From assembly GCA_963735805.1 (NCBI GenBank), contig CAVTMK010000002.1, forward strand, positions 480,001-544,000: a stretch of 64,000 nt of DNA, given 5' to 3'. How positions within the stretch are numbered: position 1 is the stretch's first letter; each line of letters starts with the position of its first letter. The translations under genes and the position numbers were made by a program. The stretch is from an uncultured Verrucomicrobiae bacterium. Its GTDB lineage: Bacteria > Verrucomicrobiota > Verrucomicrobiia > Chthoniobacterales > UBA10450. The notes under the pieces were generated by a model that worked only from the letters and a program-made list of their open reading frames with translations, did not search any database and was not told the DNA's origin. Positions 50,969-61,531 of this stretch are shown here, one piece after another.

Positions 50969-51424
50969 TTACGCAACCTGCGCCATGCGCCGTCGGTCCA
51001 GCCAGACCTTGCAGATGCTTTTGATGCGAGTGAGGACGTAATAGACAGTCTGGCTACGGATTCGCACTAGCTCCGTTCCGACGATGCGGGTCACGAAGTC
51101 GCTCGGAAGATCGAGAATTTCCTGCGGTGTCGAGCCTTCGAGTCCTTTGCAAAGAATCGCCGCCATTGAGCGGGTAAGTGTTTGCACTTCCGGACCGAGC
51201 GTCATTCGAATGTGCGCCTTACCGCCTTCATCCACCTGCAGATAAACGCCGACCGTGTCTGTGCATTCCGCGTCTTTTCGCACGTCGACAAGATCAAAAT
51301 CCTCGCCTTCGCGGGGCTCCTGCTTCTTCGCGCTGTCTGCGTAGGAGACGAGCGTCTCGCGCCGCTCGTCTTCGGGCAGCGACTCGAACAGGTTGATGAT
51401 CTTGTTTAACTTCGCCGGGTACAT
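50969..51424 (-). CDS. SufE family protein
   Basis: Conserved Cys (AECTDTV), [15 protein letters not shown]; typical size. Confidence 0.75.
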   Translation of the reverse strand: MYPAKLNKIINLFESLPEDERRETLVSYADSAKKQEPREGEDFDLVDVRKDAECTDTVGVYLQVDEGGKAHIRMTLGPEVQTLTRSMAAILCKGLEGSTPQEILDLPSDFVTRIVGTELVRIRSQTVYYVLTRIKSICKVWLDRRRMAQVA

Positions 51425-51490
51425 GGAAGCGTCGTTAATCTATCACGGGCTTTGGCTTTGCTCACCAAAGCGTTTATGGCTAATTGCATT

Positions 51491-52474
51491 ATGAAAAATC
51501 CGATTAAGGTCGCTGTGACCGGTGCTGCCGGACAAATTGGCTATGCGCTCCTGTTCCGCATCGCCTCTGGACAAATGTTCGGCCCGGACCAGCCGCTGTC
51601 ACTTCATTTAATCGAAATTCCGGATGCGCTCGGCGCCCTCGATGGCGTGGTGATGGAGTTGCACGATTGCGCCTTTCCGCTGCTCGAATCGGTTGTCCCC
51701 ACCGCGGACCTGAACGAAGGCTTCCGCGACGTTAATTGGGCGTTGCTAGTCGGAAGCGTCCCGCGCAAGGCTGGCATGGAGCGGAAAGATTTACTCGGAA
51801 TCAACGGCAAGATTTTCATCGGACAAGGTCGGGCAATCGAGAAAAACGCTGCGGCCGACGTGCGCGTGCTTGTCGTCGGAAATCCGTGCAACACGAATTG
51901 TTTGATTGCGATGAACAACGCCAAAGAAATTCCGAGCGACCGCTGGTTTGCCATGACGCGACTGGATGAAAACCGTGCGCGCGCACAACTCGCACACAAA
52001 GCCAGTGTGGGCATTGGCGCAGTCACAAACATGACCATCTGGGGAAATCATTCTTCGACGCAGTATCCGGATTTCTACAACGCCAGAATCGACAATCGAC
52101 CGGCGAACGAAGTGATCGGCGACGAGAAATGGTTAAAGGAAGAATTCATTGCCACAGTGCAGCAACGCGGAGCCGCGGTGATCAAAGCGCGGGGACTCTC
52201 GTCCGCTGGTTCCGCGGCCAACGCGATCGTTGATACTGTCTTTTCACTTACCAACGATACTCCTGGTAAGGACTGGCACAGCGTGGCGGTTTGTTCAGAC
52301 GGAAGTTACGATGTGGAGAAAGGATTGATCTCGTCATTCCCAGTGCGCGTGCGTGGTGGAAAATGGGAAATCGTGCAGGGGGTACCCATCAATGATTTCA
52401 GCCGCGCAAAAATCAATGCTTCGGTCGCGGAGTTAAAAGAAGAGAAATCGCTCGTTAGCGATTTGATTTCCTAG
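51491..52474 (+). CDS. mdh: Malate dehydrogenase
   Basis: [46 protein letters not shown]. Confidence 0.97.
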   Translation: MKNPIKVAVTGAAGQIGYALLFRIASGQMFGPDQPLSLHLIEIPDALGALDGVVMELHDCAFPLLESVVPTADLNEGFRDVNWALLVGSVPRKAGMERKDLLGINGKIFIGQGRAIEKNAAADVRVLVVGNPCNTNCLIAMNNAKEIPSDRWFAMTRLDENRARAQLAHKASVGIGAVTNMTIWGNHSSTQYPDFYNARIDNRPANEVIGDEKWLKEEFIATVQQRGAAVIKARGLSSAGSAANAIVDTVFSLTNDTPGKDWHSVAVCSDGSYDVEKGLISSFPVRVRGGKWEIVQGVPINDFSRAKINASVAELKEEKSLVSDLIS

Positions 52475-52500
52475 AAATACTCTCAGAAATGCGCGCCACT

Positions 52501-52524
52501 GTAGCGACAGCGCTGTGTCGCCGT
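52501..52524. repeat. Single GTAG-type REP-like hairpin between convergent genes
   Basis: GTAG-led hairpin GCGACA-GCGC-TG-TGTCGC. Confidence 0.45.
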
Positions 52525-52561
52525 GCTCTCAAACCCTTTCCAGCACAATGCAAAGCGCGCC

Positions 52562-53278
52562 CTACTCTTTAGGTTTCATTGCGTGAATTGCGACGGATGC
52601 CGGGAAGCTCAGGCTTGTCAGGCTGATTTCGCGAAAGCCGGCTTCGAAGATCTCGCACCAGAAATCAGCGCCGTACTCCGTTTGCACGACGCAGTCGTCT
52701 CGCTTTGTCCCCGGTTTTCCGTGATAACTTGACGGCAAACCGCGCCGCGTCCGGGTCAACCGGCCGATAACGATCGGCACAGTGTAAAACAAGTGACCGC
52801 CCGGTTTCAAAACGCGCATGGATTCTTTCAGGGCGGCCTTTGAGTCTGGGACGTGCTCCAGGGTGTCGGAATGAACGATGACGTCGACTGATGAATCGGC
52901 AAAACTCATTCGCTGCATGTCGAGTTGAGGAAACGAATGAAGAGCATGTTCGGGAAGTGCCTGAAGAAAAGCTGATAGGTTCTTCGCCGGATTGATTTCG
53001 ATCACAGTGAGCTTCCGAATCCCCGAATCGTTAGAACAGAAATCCTCGAAACTGCCGTCGAATCCGAACGCCCTGGTCATCGCTGCGGCCAGCGTCATGG
53101 TCCGCAGATTATTCCCGCAACCGGTACAACAAAATCCCTGCTGCAAATCGATGTAAGCGACTTCGCCGGGAGACAAATCCCATTGCTCGATCAGTTCCGG
53201 CCAGAGCACCCGTTCGTTTGTGAACCGGTCGCCGCCGCATACCGGGCAAATCTTCAAACTCGGCGACGGCTCTCGCAT
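52562..53278 (-). CDS. Class I SAM-dependent methyltransferase with N-terminal Zn ribbon
   Basis: CPVCG...CTGCG, DTLEHVPD, RVLKPGG, YHG. Confidence 0.85.
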   Translation of the reverse strand: MREPSPSLKICPVCGGDRFTNERVLWPELIEQWDLSPGEVAYIDLQQGFCCTGCGNNLRTMTLAAAMTRAFGFDGSFEDFCSNDSGIRKLTVIEINPAKNLSAFLQALPEHALHSFPQLDMQRMSFADSSVDVIVHSDTLEHVPDSKAALKESMRVLKPGGHLFYTVPIVIGRLTRTRRGLPSSYHGKPGTKRDDCVVQTEYGADFWCEIFEAGFREISLTSLSFPASVAIHAMKPKE

Positions 53279-53283
53279 TTTGC

Positions 53284-54771
53284 CTAACGACTATCGACCG
53301 GCTTTACCAACAACCCTTGGCCAGTGGGCAACGACAAAATCTTAATTCCCTTTTCCTTTGCGAAACGATCCATCGCAACTTTCTGCGAGAGGTATCCGTA
53401 ATAGGCATAGTCATCGAGCAGCACAAGTGCGCCCGGGACGAGGCGTTCCCAAAAGAACTGGATCGCTGCGATCTCCGGAGGTGAACAATTCATGTCGAGA
53501 TGCAGATAAGCGATCTTTTTCGCGCGAACCTGCGACAACGTCTCGGGAATCGATCCTTCGACAAGAGAGACGTTCTTCCATTGAGAAAAGTTCGCCCGCA
53601 CTTCTTCGATCCCCTGGACATAAAATCCCGATGCCAGGCTCTTTGTGTTTTTGTCCACTGCGCCTGAGACTTTATCTGCGGGAGAAACAAAGCGTTCATC
53701 CAGTCCACGAAATGTATCCAGGAGATAGAACTGTTTTGCCAGCGAATCCCAGTTCAGATAATCCATGATCGCCGAGGAGAGAAAACCCCGGTTCACGCCG
53801 CACTCTACGAAATCGCCTTCAAGTCGGGATGCGCAAGCTGCCGCCCACAAACCGACATGAACCCGCCAGTGCCATCGATAATCGTCGCCCGCCGCTCGAA
53901 CACCGCGCCCATAAGCTTTTCGATAAGCTGCGTCGTCCATAAATTCATGGTTGTGAATCGACCGCAATCCGTCCTGGTCGTAGACGTGCCCTTCAGCGTG
54001 TGAAACAATCTGGGAAATCGGAGGCTTTGTCGCGGCGACACTCTCTTCTCTCTTTTTCCCGAACGCTCGTTCGAGCGCGGCGTTCCATGTGAGCGGTTTG
54101 TTCTTGAACCAGCCGGAATCAAATTTTGGCGCAGCGAAAAGGGCCCACGTCTGCCTGGGATGTTTCCAATCCAGAAGTTCGAATCGCAAACCGACTTCTG
54201 CGGCTGCGTCGCGCAATGTCGTTGGCCTGTAGTTCACACATTCGGGATAGACCCAGCCATTGCTTTGCGAGTCCTTCTCGCCAGGCAGGAAAGTGGCAAC
54301 CAAAGCTCCATGTTCGGCAAGAGAGCGCGATATTGCGGCCAGCCAATTTTTGATCAGATCCAGTCCACCGTGACTAAAGATTGATTGGGCCACAGTGAAA
54401 TCGAATAAGATTTTCGTTTGCGCAATTACCTTCGGCGAATCGGAAAAAAAGAATGTCGGGCGTTTGATTTCCAATAACGCCTGGCCGAGCTCCCGCTTGA
54501 TTCCTTCCTCCACCAGCCATTCATTCGGCTCAACGCCAAAATACTTTCCCCGATTCAGGTACGGAATTAACAAGCGTCCGATCCGAAGCGAACCGCATCC
54601 GACATCGAGCAATGAATGATGCTGTCGCAGGCCCAGCGTTGTCAGAAGATTGAAGGTCATTGCCGCGATTAAATCGTAATCTTCCGGAGGACCGACAAAC
54701 GCTCGGTAATGCGAATCCCCCGGCTTGAGACCGACGCCCAAACTTTCCGAGTCGTCCGAAGGCAGCTCCAT
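53284..54771 (-). CDS. Fusion of a class I SAM methyltransferase and a TylF/MycF/NovP-type O-methyltransferase
   Basis: N-half LLDVGCGSLRIG and QSIFSH. C-half GDFVECGVNRG, LDTFRG, LHLDMN, LLDDY, LPTGQG. Confidence 0.88.
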   Translation of the reverse strand: MELPSDDSESLGVGLKPGDSHYRAFVGPPEDYDLIAAMTFNLLTTLGLRQHHSLLDVGCGSLRIGRLLIPYLNRGKYFGVEPNEWLVEEGIKRELGQALLEIKRPTFFFSDSPKVIAQTKILFDFTVAQSIFSHGGLDLIKNWLAAISRSLAEHGALVATFLPGEKDSQSNGWVYPECVNYRPTTLRDAAAEVGLRFELLDWKHPRQTWALFAAPKFDSGWFKNKPLTWNAALERAFGKKREESVAATKPPISQIVSHAEGHVYDQDGLRSIHNHEFMDDAAYRKAYGRGVRAAGDDYRWHWRVHVGLWAAACASRLEGDFVECGVNRGFLSSAIMDYLNWDSLAKQFYLLDTFRGLDERFVSPADKVSGAVDKNTKSLASGFYVQGIEEVRANFSQWKNVSLVEGSIPETLSQVRAKKIAYLHLDMNCSPPEIAAIQFFWERLVPGALVLLDDYAYYGYLSQKVAMDRFAKEKGIKILSLPTGQGLLVKPVDSR

Positions 54772-54772
54772 A

Positions 54773-56315
54773 TTACTTCAGTCGTTTCAGCGTGACGGGA
54801 TCGAAATCTTTCAACCCGTCCTGTGGTTTATCGGGAAATCCAACGACGCCACGTGACCGGTCGAATTGATAAATGCGCGTCCGTGGGCGCTCGCGGAACG
54901 GGAACGCGCGAAGCTTGTCCCCATCGAGAGCGTCCTCCGCGCCCGGGGCCTTGCATGCTTGCACGGCCAGAGCATACAAATCGTTCTTGATATGAGGAGA
55001 CGATCCGACGCAGTTCGATAGCTCGTTCGGGTCTCGCTTGACATTAAAGAGCTGTTCCCGGCCGCCGTTTGCCATGAAAATGTATTTCCACTCATCGGTA
55101 GCGACCATGACTTTGAAATTCTGCGAGCCGGGAATTTCAATCATGCCGACAAGATATTCGCGCGGCGCGGCTTGGCCTCGGAGCATTTTCAGAACATTCA
55201 CCCCCTCCCGCACGTCGCAGTCACCGCCTGCTTCGGTCGCGATTCCAAACAAGTCCGCAAGGCTGATTAATTCATTCCGGATGGAACCCGCCGCGAGGAC
55301 TGTCGGCCAACTGAGCAGTACAGGAACACGACAGGCGGCTTCAAAAAAGTTCTGTTTTTGCCAACCGTGATGATCACCCATCAAATCGCCGTGGTCGGAA
55401 AAAAAGCATATCAGAACATTCTCCGGATTCGGGCGTGCTTCGATGGCACTCAGGATTTGGCCAAGACAATGGTCCAGATAACTGATTTCGCCGTAATATC
55501 GCGCCTTTACGATTCGGGCCAGCGCCGGGTTGATGGCTTCCGCCCAAACGGCATATCGCATGAAGGGGATCTCTTCATCCAGATGATCTTCCTCCACGTC
55601 GCCGAGAACGAGATCAGGCATTCGATCTGGATCTGTACATCCGATTGAAAGGAATTGGCGGAGCGAGCGGCGGGTGCGGGCCCACAAAGGATACAAATCC
55701 GAAAAAAGGCCGTGAATTATCTGACTTCGTAATTTCCTGCGCCGCGCAGCCGGCGGCCCACCATTCGGCCCCTAACTCGGCTGGAAGCGGACTGCGCTGC
55801 GGCAGGTAATACATCTCGGTGCGTTCCCCCAAAGGTTGCTCCAGAAAATCGAACGCTGGATGTTCCCGCGTCAGCCATGATCCGTAGTCGTCGCCTTCAC
55901 GCGCTGGCGGATGATAGGTCTCTTCACTGCGCCACAGCGTTTCGTAACCGACATCTTCATTCCAGGGATATGTATGAAACTTTCCCACTCCAAATGTCCG
56001 GTACCCCATGCGCGACATTGTCCGCCCGAGATACGGTCCACAACGCGCTTCCATTTCAGCAGCCTGCCCCTTAGCCGGCTTCGGTATTGCATTGCTAAAG
56101 GCACGCGTAGTTACCGGTTCGCATCCTGTACGGATCGTGTACCGCGAGGGAATACAAATCGGGCAGGTAGCGTATGCCCTGGAAAAGCTGATGCCTCTGC
56201 ACACCAACCGATCGAGATTAGGAGTATAAATGTGCGAATTACCAAGCGCAGCGATGGTATCAAATCGCTGCTGATCCGTCATAATGAACAAGATGTCGGG
56301 CCGCGTTACTGACAT
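54773..56315 (-). pseudogene. Sulfatase (Cys-type formylglycine) split by a 1-nt insertion
   Basis: N-part ILFIMTDQQR, CIPSR, GKFH, GPHPP. C-part YYGEISYLD, SDHGD. Junction reads ATG TAC [A] GAT CCA GAT CGA ATG, with the extra base at ~55634. Confidence 0.88.
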
Positions 56316-56455
56316 TTTTTGTCTCAAGCGGAGTTCGCGGGCAGCTGGCGTGGTCTGGTCAATGCGGAAAAATGCTCAACAACGAGAAGTCTAGAAACAG
56401 ACCTGTTAAAAGAACAACCAAAACCCAAATGGGATTGTTAACTCCTCGCCTCACC

Positions 56456-57352
56456 TTAACTGGTTGCGAGTTCGTTATCCGTCAGGCGACGGAACGCTTC
56501 CAGATATTTCGCGGACGTTTTTTCGATCACATCTTTCGGCAGGCGCGGCGCGGGCGGAGTCTTGTCCCAGTCGAGCGTCTCCAGATAATCGCGTACGAAT
56601 TGTTTATCGAAACTGGGCGGGCTTTGGCCAACCGCATATTCGTCCTTCGGCCAGAAGCGTGAAGAATCTGGCGTCAGGCATTCGTCAATCAACAGCAAAT
56701 CGTCATCGACCATGCCAAACTCGAATTTTGTGTCTGCGACGATGATTCCCTTTTGCGCCGCGTGTTCGCGGCCGCGCGAATAAATTTCGAGGCTTAACGT
56801 TTTTACACGATTGGCAACTTCGTCGCCGAGAATCTGAGCGCATCGTTTCATGTCGATGTTCTCGTCATGACCTTCCTCAGCCTTTGTCGAGGGCGTGAAA
56901 ATTGGCTCCGGCAATTGCGACGCCAGCTTTAGTCCAGCGGGCAGCTCGATTCCACAAACGCTCCGAGACTCCTGATATTCTTTCCAACCGGAACCGGCTA
57001 GATAACCGCGCACCACGCATTCGACTGCGAGCGGCTTGGTTTTCCTTACGATCATTGATCGCCCGGCGAGTTGTTCGCGGAATGGCTGCAACTCCTTCGG
57101 GAACTGTTCGAAATCCGCTGTAACAAAGTGATTCTTTATCTTGTCGAAACGGTTGAACCAAAACGCGGAGATTTGATTGAGAACGGCGCCCTTGTGCGGA
57201 ATTGGGTCGGGGAGGATTACGTCGAAAGCCGAAATTCGGTCCGTTACAACGAAGAGCAGCGTCTCACCGAGATCGAAAACTTCACGCACCTTGCCGCTGC
57301 GCAGTTTTTTGATTCCGGGAAGCTCAATGGACGATTGTGTGGTGATCTGCAT
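56456..57352 (-). CDS. purC: Phosphoribosylaminoimidazolesuccinocarboxamide synthase
   Basis: SGKVRE, DRISAFD, ECVVRGYLAGSG, ADTKFEFG, TPDSSRFW, DKQFVRD. Confidence 0.98.
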   Translation of the reverse strand: MQITTQSSIELPGIKKLRSGKVREVFDLGETLLFVVTDRISAFDVILPDPIPHKGAVLNQISAFWFNRFDKIKNHFVTADFEQFPKELQPFREQLAGRSMIVRKTKPLAVECVVRGYLAGSGWKEYQESRSVCGIELPAGLKLASQLPEPIFTPSTKAEEGHDENIDMKRCAQILGDEVANRVKTLSLEIYSRGREHAAQKGIIVADTKFEFGMVDDDLLLIDECLTPDSSRFWPKDEYAVGQSPPSFDKQFVRDYLETLDWDKTPPAPRLPKDVIEKTSAKYLEAFRRLTDNELATS

Positions 57353-57360
57353 ACGCAAAT

Positions 57361-57447
57361 GCTCAACGTTCAACGCCCAACTTTCAACGTCCAATTCAGA
57401 ATCTCGTCGTTTGGCGTTGGACGTTCAGTGTTGAGCGTTGGACGTTG
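57361..57447. repeat. Heptamer tandem repeat in inverted (hairpin) arrangement
   Basis: CAACGTT CAACGCC CAACTTT CAACGTC, spacer, then GGCGTTG GACGTTC AGTGTTG AGCGTTG GACGTTG. Confidence 0.85.
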
Positions 57448-57456
57448 AATTCCTTT

Positions 57457-58626
57457 ATGGCCGGAATCGTGATCAAACCGCGGGCGCGTATTATGCACGG
57501 CCACGACTGGGTATTCTCCAATGAGGTCCTGAAGGTTTTTGGAAATCCGGCAGACGGCGATGTCATTTCACTCAAAGATGGAAAAGACCGCCTTATCGGC
57601 AGTGCGATTTACAACTCCCGATCACAAATTGTGGCGCGCAGATTCTCGCGGCGGAAACAGGGTCTGGATCTGGATTTCTTCAAACGCCGAATCGCACAAG
57701 CCTCCGAATACCGCACTCGACGAGGGATCGATCCAAAGCTTTGTCGTCTTGTCTGGAGCGAAAGCGACGGACTGCCAGGACTAATCATCGACAGATACGC
57801 CGATCATCTGGTAATGCAGACGCTGACGTTGGCGATGGATATGCGGAGAGATTCGATCGCTGATGCGATTACCGATTTTTTTGGAGACGTCACAATCATT
57901 GAACGAAATGACGCTCCGGTGCGCAAGGCGGAAGGATTGGAGCTGCGCACGGGTGCTTTGCGCGGGAATGCGCCATCGCAAATCCAGATCGAAATCGAAG
58001 GAGTAAAGTTGGAAGTCGATCTTCTACACGGACAAAAGACCGGATTCTATCTCGACCAAAAACATAACTACGCGATCGTCGCCGGATACGCGCGCGACCG
58101 GCGCGTGCTGGATTGTTTCTCGAATCAAGGCGCATTTGCACTGGCGTGTGCGCGTGCAGGTGGCGCGGACATCACCGCGATTGAAGAAAGTTCCGAGAAC
58201 ATCGCAACGGCGAGACAAAATGCCACGCGTAACGATTTGACAGTGCAATGGATCGAGCGGGATGCTTTTCAATTCCTGCGCGCGGCCGAAAAAGCCGGGG
58301 CCCAGTACGATTTGATTATTCTCGATCCACCGTCGTTTACAAAGGCAAAGAGCGGATTGGGCGATGCATTGCGCGGTTATCGAGAACTGCACATGCGCGC
58401 TTTCAAGCTTCTATCCAAGGACGGTATGCTGGCCACTTTTTCGTGCTCCCATCACGTGAGCGATACCGCATTTTCACAAACAATCGCGGACGCACTTGTC
58501 GACGCCCGGCGTTCAGCGCGGCGGTTGCGCCGGTTCGAGCAGGCGCCGGATCACCCCGTGGTTCCGACGATTCCTGAAACGGAGTATTTCAAGGGTTTCC
58601 TCCTCGAAATGATGCCGGGACGATGA
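57457..58626 (+). CDS. RlmI-like class I SAM-dependent rRNA methyltransferase
   Basis: PUA-like GHDWVF, SESDGLPGLIIDRY, GQKTGFYLDQ, ILDPPSF, TFSCS, PETEY. Confidence 0.92.
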   Translation: MAGIVIKPRARIMHGHDWVFSNEVLKVFGNPADGDVISLKDGKDRLIGSAIYNSRSQIVARRFSRRKQGLDLDFFKRRIAQASEYRTRRGIDPKLCRLVWSESDGLPGLIIDRYADHLVMQTLTLAMDMRRDSIADAITDFFGDVTIIERNDAPVRKAEGLELRTGALRGNAPSQIQIEIEGVKLEVDLLHGQKTGFYLDQKHNYAIVAGYARDRRVLDCFSNQGAFALACARAGGADITAIEESSENIATARQNATRNDLTVQWIERDAFQFLRAAEKAGAQYDLIILDPPSFTKAKSGLGDALRGYRELHMRAFKLLSKDGMLATFSCSHHVSDTAFSQTIADALVDARRSARRLRRFEQAPDHPVVPTIPETEYFKGFLLEMMPGR

Positions 58627-58741
58627 TGCTGAAGTTTTGAATCAAAAATTTTCGCGCGTGTTCAACGAAATATCTGGAATTCTCAAGTAAGGCATTTAAT
58701 ATGCCGCTCAGCGAGCCCCGGACGGCGAGTCCTGATTTGTC

Positions 58742-59359
58742 ATGGCAGAAAAAATTCGACCTGTTGAACAAATGCTCGAACTGAGCGAGGACGAGCTCTC
58801 TCCCGAGCATCTGGATTCGCAAGTACAGAAAGCGCAGGACCAGCTGCTCCAGCTCAAACGGCAACAGGAGCAGATCGAGAAACAAAAGCGCGAGCTGGAA
58901 GAACTAAGTCGTCGACAGGAGGAATTGGAGCACGGTCGCGGGGAGATGGCCGATAAACTGACTCGCTCGCTTGTTGTGCTTGAGCGCGAGGCATACAACG
59001 CGCAAAGCCGCCTGGAACAGATCCGCGCAGCCCGGGAGAGTTTCGGTCAGCATTTGGAATTAATTGAAGCGATCGATCCCAAAGGTTGGGATCCCTCAGA
59101 TTTGCACAAGGAATTGAGCCGGGCCTTGAGCACGGTGGATGAGGCGCGCACGGTGTACAACGAACAACGCAGCCGGTTGCAGGCAGCGGGTGGAAATGAG
59201 GGGGAGGCGTCACTGCCTGACGTCGTTAACGATGGCTACGAGAGCAACGGCGGACGTTCGTTTGTGCAGTGGTTCCAGATTGGCGTCGCACTCACTTTGC
59301 CGCTGATTATCTTTGGCGCTGTTGCCCTCGCCCTTTTCGTTTGGCTGGCGAGCAAGTGA
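58742..59359 (+). CDS. Coiled-coil protein with a C-terminal membrane anchor
   Basis: Long Glu/Gln/Leu heptad region and a single C-terminal TM. Confidence 0.75.
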   Translation: MAEKIRPVEQMLELSEDELSPEHLDSQVQKAQDQLLQLKRQQEQIEKQKRELEELSRRQEELEHGRGEMADKLTRSLVVLEREAYNAQSRLEQIRAARESFGQHLELIEAIDPKGWDPSDLHKELSRALSTVDEARTVYNEQRSRLQAAGGNEGEASLPDVVNDGYESNGGRSFVQWFQIGVALTLPLIIFGAVALALFVWLASK

Positions 59360-59715
59360 TGGCGATGTTTCGTCGTTTGCCCAAGCCCAGTCCCGCGCTT
59401 CGCCGCAGGCACGAAGAAATTGCGCGACAGGAAGCGGAACTGCGTGAGAGGCTGGAAAAACTCGAGCGGCTTGTTGCAAAGGTGCCGGTGATCGAAAAAA
59501 ACCGCGCGAACCAAGAACCAAAAGATAATCGGAGCGGTCGACGATTCCGTGTCTCGCTTGGGGCGCAAGGCAGAGCCTCGACGGATGAGAGCAGAAGCGC
59601 CCGGCGCCCTCGGGCGTTGCGCAAAGAGCGGCGGGAAGGCCAAATCATTTTCCTCCTTCTTGCGGTTGCGCTGGCCGTCGCTGTCATCTGGCTGATCAGC
59701 AACCTGCATTCTTAA
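59359..59715 (+). CDS. Basic hypothetical protein with a C-terminal membrane anchor
   Basis: ATG overlaps the upstream TGA. Short coiled coil, Arg-rich middle and C-terminal TM. Confidence 0.65.
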   Translation: MAMFRRLPKPSPALRRRHEEIARQEAELRERLEKLERLVAKVPVIEKNRANQEPKDNRSGRRFRVSLGAQGRASTDESRSARRPRALRKERREGQIIFLLLAVALAVAVIWLISNLHS

Positions 59716-59724
59716 ACGACAACC

Positions 59725-60015
59725 ATGGCGGCGGCTTCGGATCTCGATGTTGGGTACGTCGCCATACTGGCTCGGATTAATCTGACTGAAGGGGAAGCAA
59801 ACGCTTTCCAGAAGCAACTGGACGATGTACTGAAGTACGTCGAAAAACTCCGCCGGGCGGATGTAAGTCATGTCGAAGCGGCTGCGCATGCCCTTCCAAT
59901 TTTCAACGTTTTCCGCGAGGACGCGCCGGGCGGCTGGTTCACCGCGGAACAGGCGTTGAGCAACGCGCCCCGAAAAGCCAACGGCCTTTTTATCGTCCCT
60001 AAAGTTGTGGAATGA
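59725..60015 (+). CDS. gatC: Asp/Glu-tRNA amidotransferase subunit C
   Basis: YVAILARI, NVFRED, ALSNAP, FIVPKV; overlaps the gatA start. Confidence 0.93.
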   Translation: MAAASDLDVGYVAILARINLTEGEANAFQKQLDDVLKYVEKLRRADVSHVEAAAHALPIFNVFREDAPGGWFTAEQALSNAPRKANGLFIVPKVVE

Positions 60016-61481
60016 CCGAGAAGGACCTGCTGGCGCTGAGCATCGCCGATCTGCAACCGTTGTTGCGTCGGCGGGAAATTTCCGCGCGTGAAGTTATCGA
60101 TGCCCTGATCAGGCGCATTGAAGCCGTTGACGGACAAATCGGCGCTTATCTGTCGCTGGATTTTGAGGCTGCCGCTGAGCAGGCGGAGAAGGCGAATGTT
60201 AGTCTTCCACTGGGAGGCATCCCGCTTGCGATCAAAGACATAATTAATGTGACTGGTCAGACCTGCACGTGCGGGTCTAGGATTTTGGAAGGCTATCGGG
60301 CAAATTACGACGCCACCGTCACTCAAAAATTGCGCGCTGCAGGCGCAATTCCGTTTGGCAAAACCAATCTCGACGAATTCGCTATGGGTTCGTCCACCGA
60401 AAATTCTGCGGTCAAATTGACGCGCAATCCGTGGGACCTATCGCGTGTGCCGGGCGGCTCGAGCGGCGGATCGGCCGCCGCGGTTGCTTCCGATGCTGCC
60501 TTCGGCGCGTTGGGCAGCGACACTGGCGGCTCAATTCGGCAACCAGCCGCGCTTTCCGGTGTTGTTGGGTTCAAGCCGACGTACGGCCGGGTTTCGCGAT
60601 TCGGTCTCGTTGCATTTGCTTCGTCGCTCGATCAAATCGGGCCGTTGACGAAAACGGTGCGCGACACCGCTCTCATCATGAACGCGATCGCGGGTCACGA
60701 TCCGCAAGACAGCACATCTCTCAACGAGCCCGTGCCTGATTACGCCGCAAAGCTCGGAAATGATTTGCGGGGAGTCCGGTTGGGCTTGCCAGAGGAATAC
60801 ATGATCGAAGGGATAGATCCACAGGTGAAAACTGCTGTTAACGCTGCGGTGAAGCAGTTGAATTCGTTAGGCGCTGAGATCGTCGATGTCTCTCTGCCCC
60901 ATACTGATTATGCGGTTTCGGTCTACTATACCCTGGCCAGCGCTGAAGCCTCAGCCAATCTCGCTCGTTTTGACGGCGTGCGTTATGGATTTCGGGCGGA
61001 CGATCCCAAAGACATGCTCGATCTTTATAGCCGTACTCGGAAAGAAGGTTTTGGGCCGGAGGTGAAACGTCGCATTATTCTCGGCACTTACGTTTTGAGT
61101 TCCGGTTATTACGACGCCTACTACTTGCGGGCGCAAAAGGTGCGGGAGTTGATCCGCCAGGATTTCGCGAAGGCCTTCGAGAAAGTCGATGCGTTAATTT
61201 CGCCAACCTCGCCGGTGCCCGCATTCAAGTTAGGCGAACGCACCGCAGATCCGTTGCAAATGTATCTTGCAGACATCTTCACCATTGCAGCGAATCTTGC
61301 TGGAATTTGCGGAATCAGTGTGCCCTGCGGTTTCGCAAAAGTGAATGGTCATCGTCTGCCGGTCGGCCTGCAGTTGTTAGGCAAACCGCTGGATGAAGCC
61401 CGCATTTTGCAAATTGCTCACGCGTACGAGCAAAGCACAGACTGGCACAAGGCGCGCCCACCTATCGCATCGGCGAAATGA
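60012..61481 (+). CDS. gatA: Asp/Glu-tRNA amidotransferase subunit A
   Basis: GKTNLDEFAMGSSTE, PGGSSGGSAAAV, GSDTGGSIRQPA, EVKRRIILGTYVLSSGYYDAYY. Confidence 0.98.
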   Translation: MTEKDLLALSIADLQPLLRRREISAREVIDALIRRIEAVDGQIGAYLSLDFEAAAEQAEKANVSLPLGGIPLAIKDIINVTGQTCTCGSRILEGYRANYDATVTQKLRAAGAIPFGKTNLDEFAMGSSTENSAVKLTRNPWDLSRVPGGSSGGSAAAVASDAAFGALGSDTGGSIRQPAALSGVVGFKPTYGRVSRFGLVAFASSLDQIGPLTKTVRDTALIMNAIAGHDPQDSTSLNEPVPDYAAKLGNDLRGVRLGLPEEYMIEGIDPQVKTAVNAAVKQLNSLGAEIVDVSLPHTDYAVSVYYTLASAEASANLARFDGVRYGFRADDPKDMLDLYSRTRKEGFGPEVKRRIILGTYVLSSGYYDAYYLRAQKVRELIRQDFAKAFEKVDALISPTSPVPAFKLGERTADPLQMYLADIFTIAANLAGICGISVPCGFAKVNGHRLPVGLQLLGKPLDEARILQIAHAYEQSTDWHKARPPIASAK

Positions 61482-61531
61482 TTTGCCGGACACGCGGCCA
61501 GGCGGAAGCAAGAGCAAAAAGGGCGTTCCCG

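Noticed and set aside
57361..57447. Repeat array as a CRISPR
   Set aside because: Units are 7 bp with no unique spacers, and there are no cas genes.
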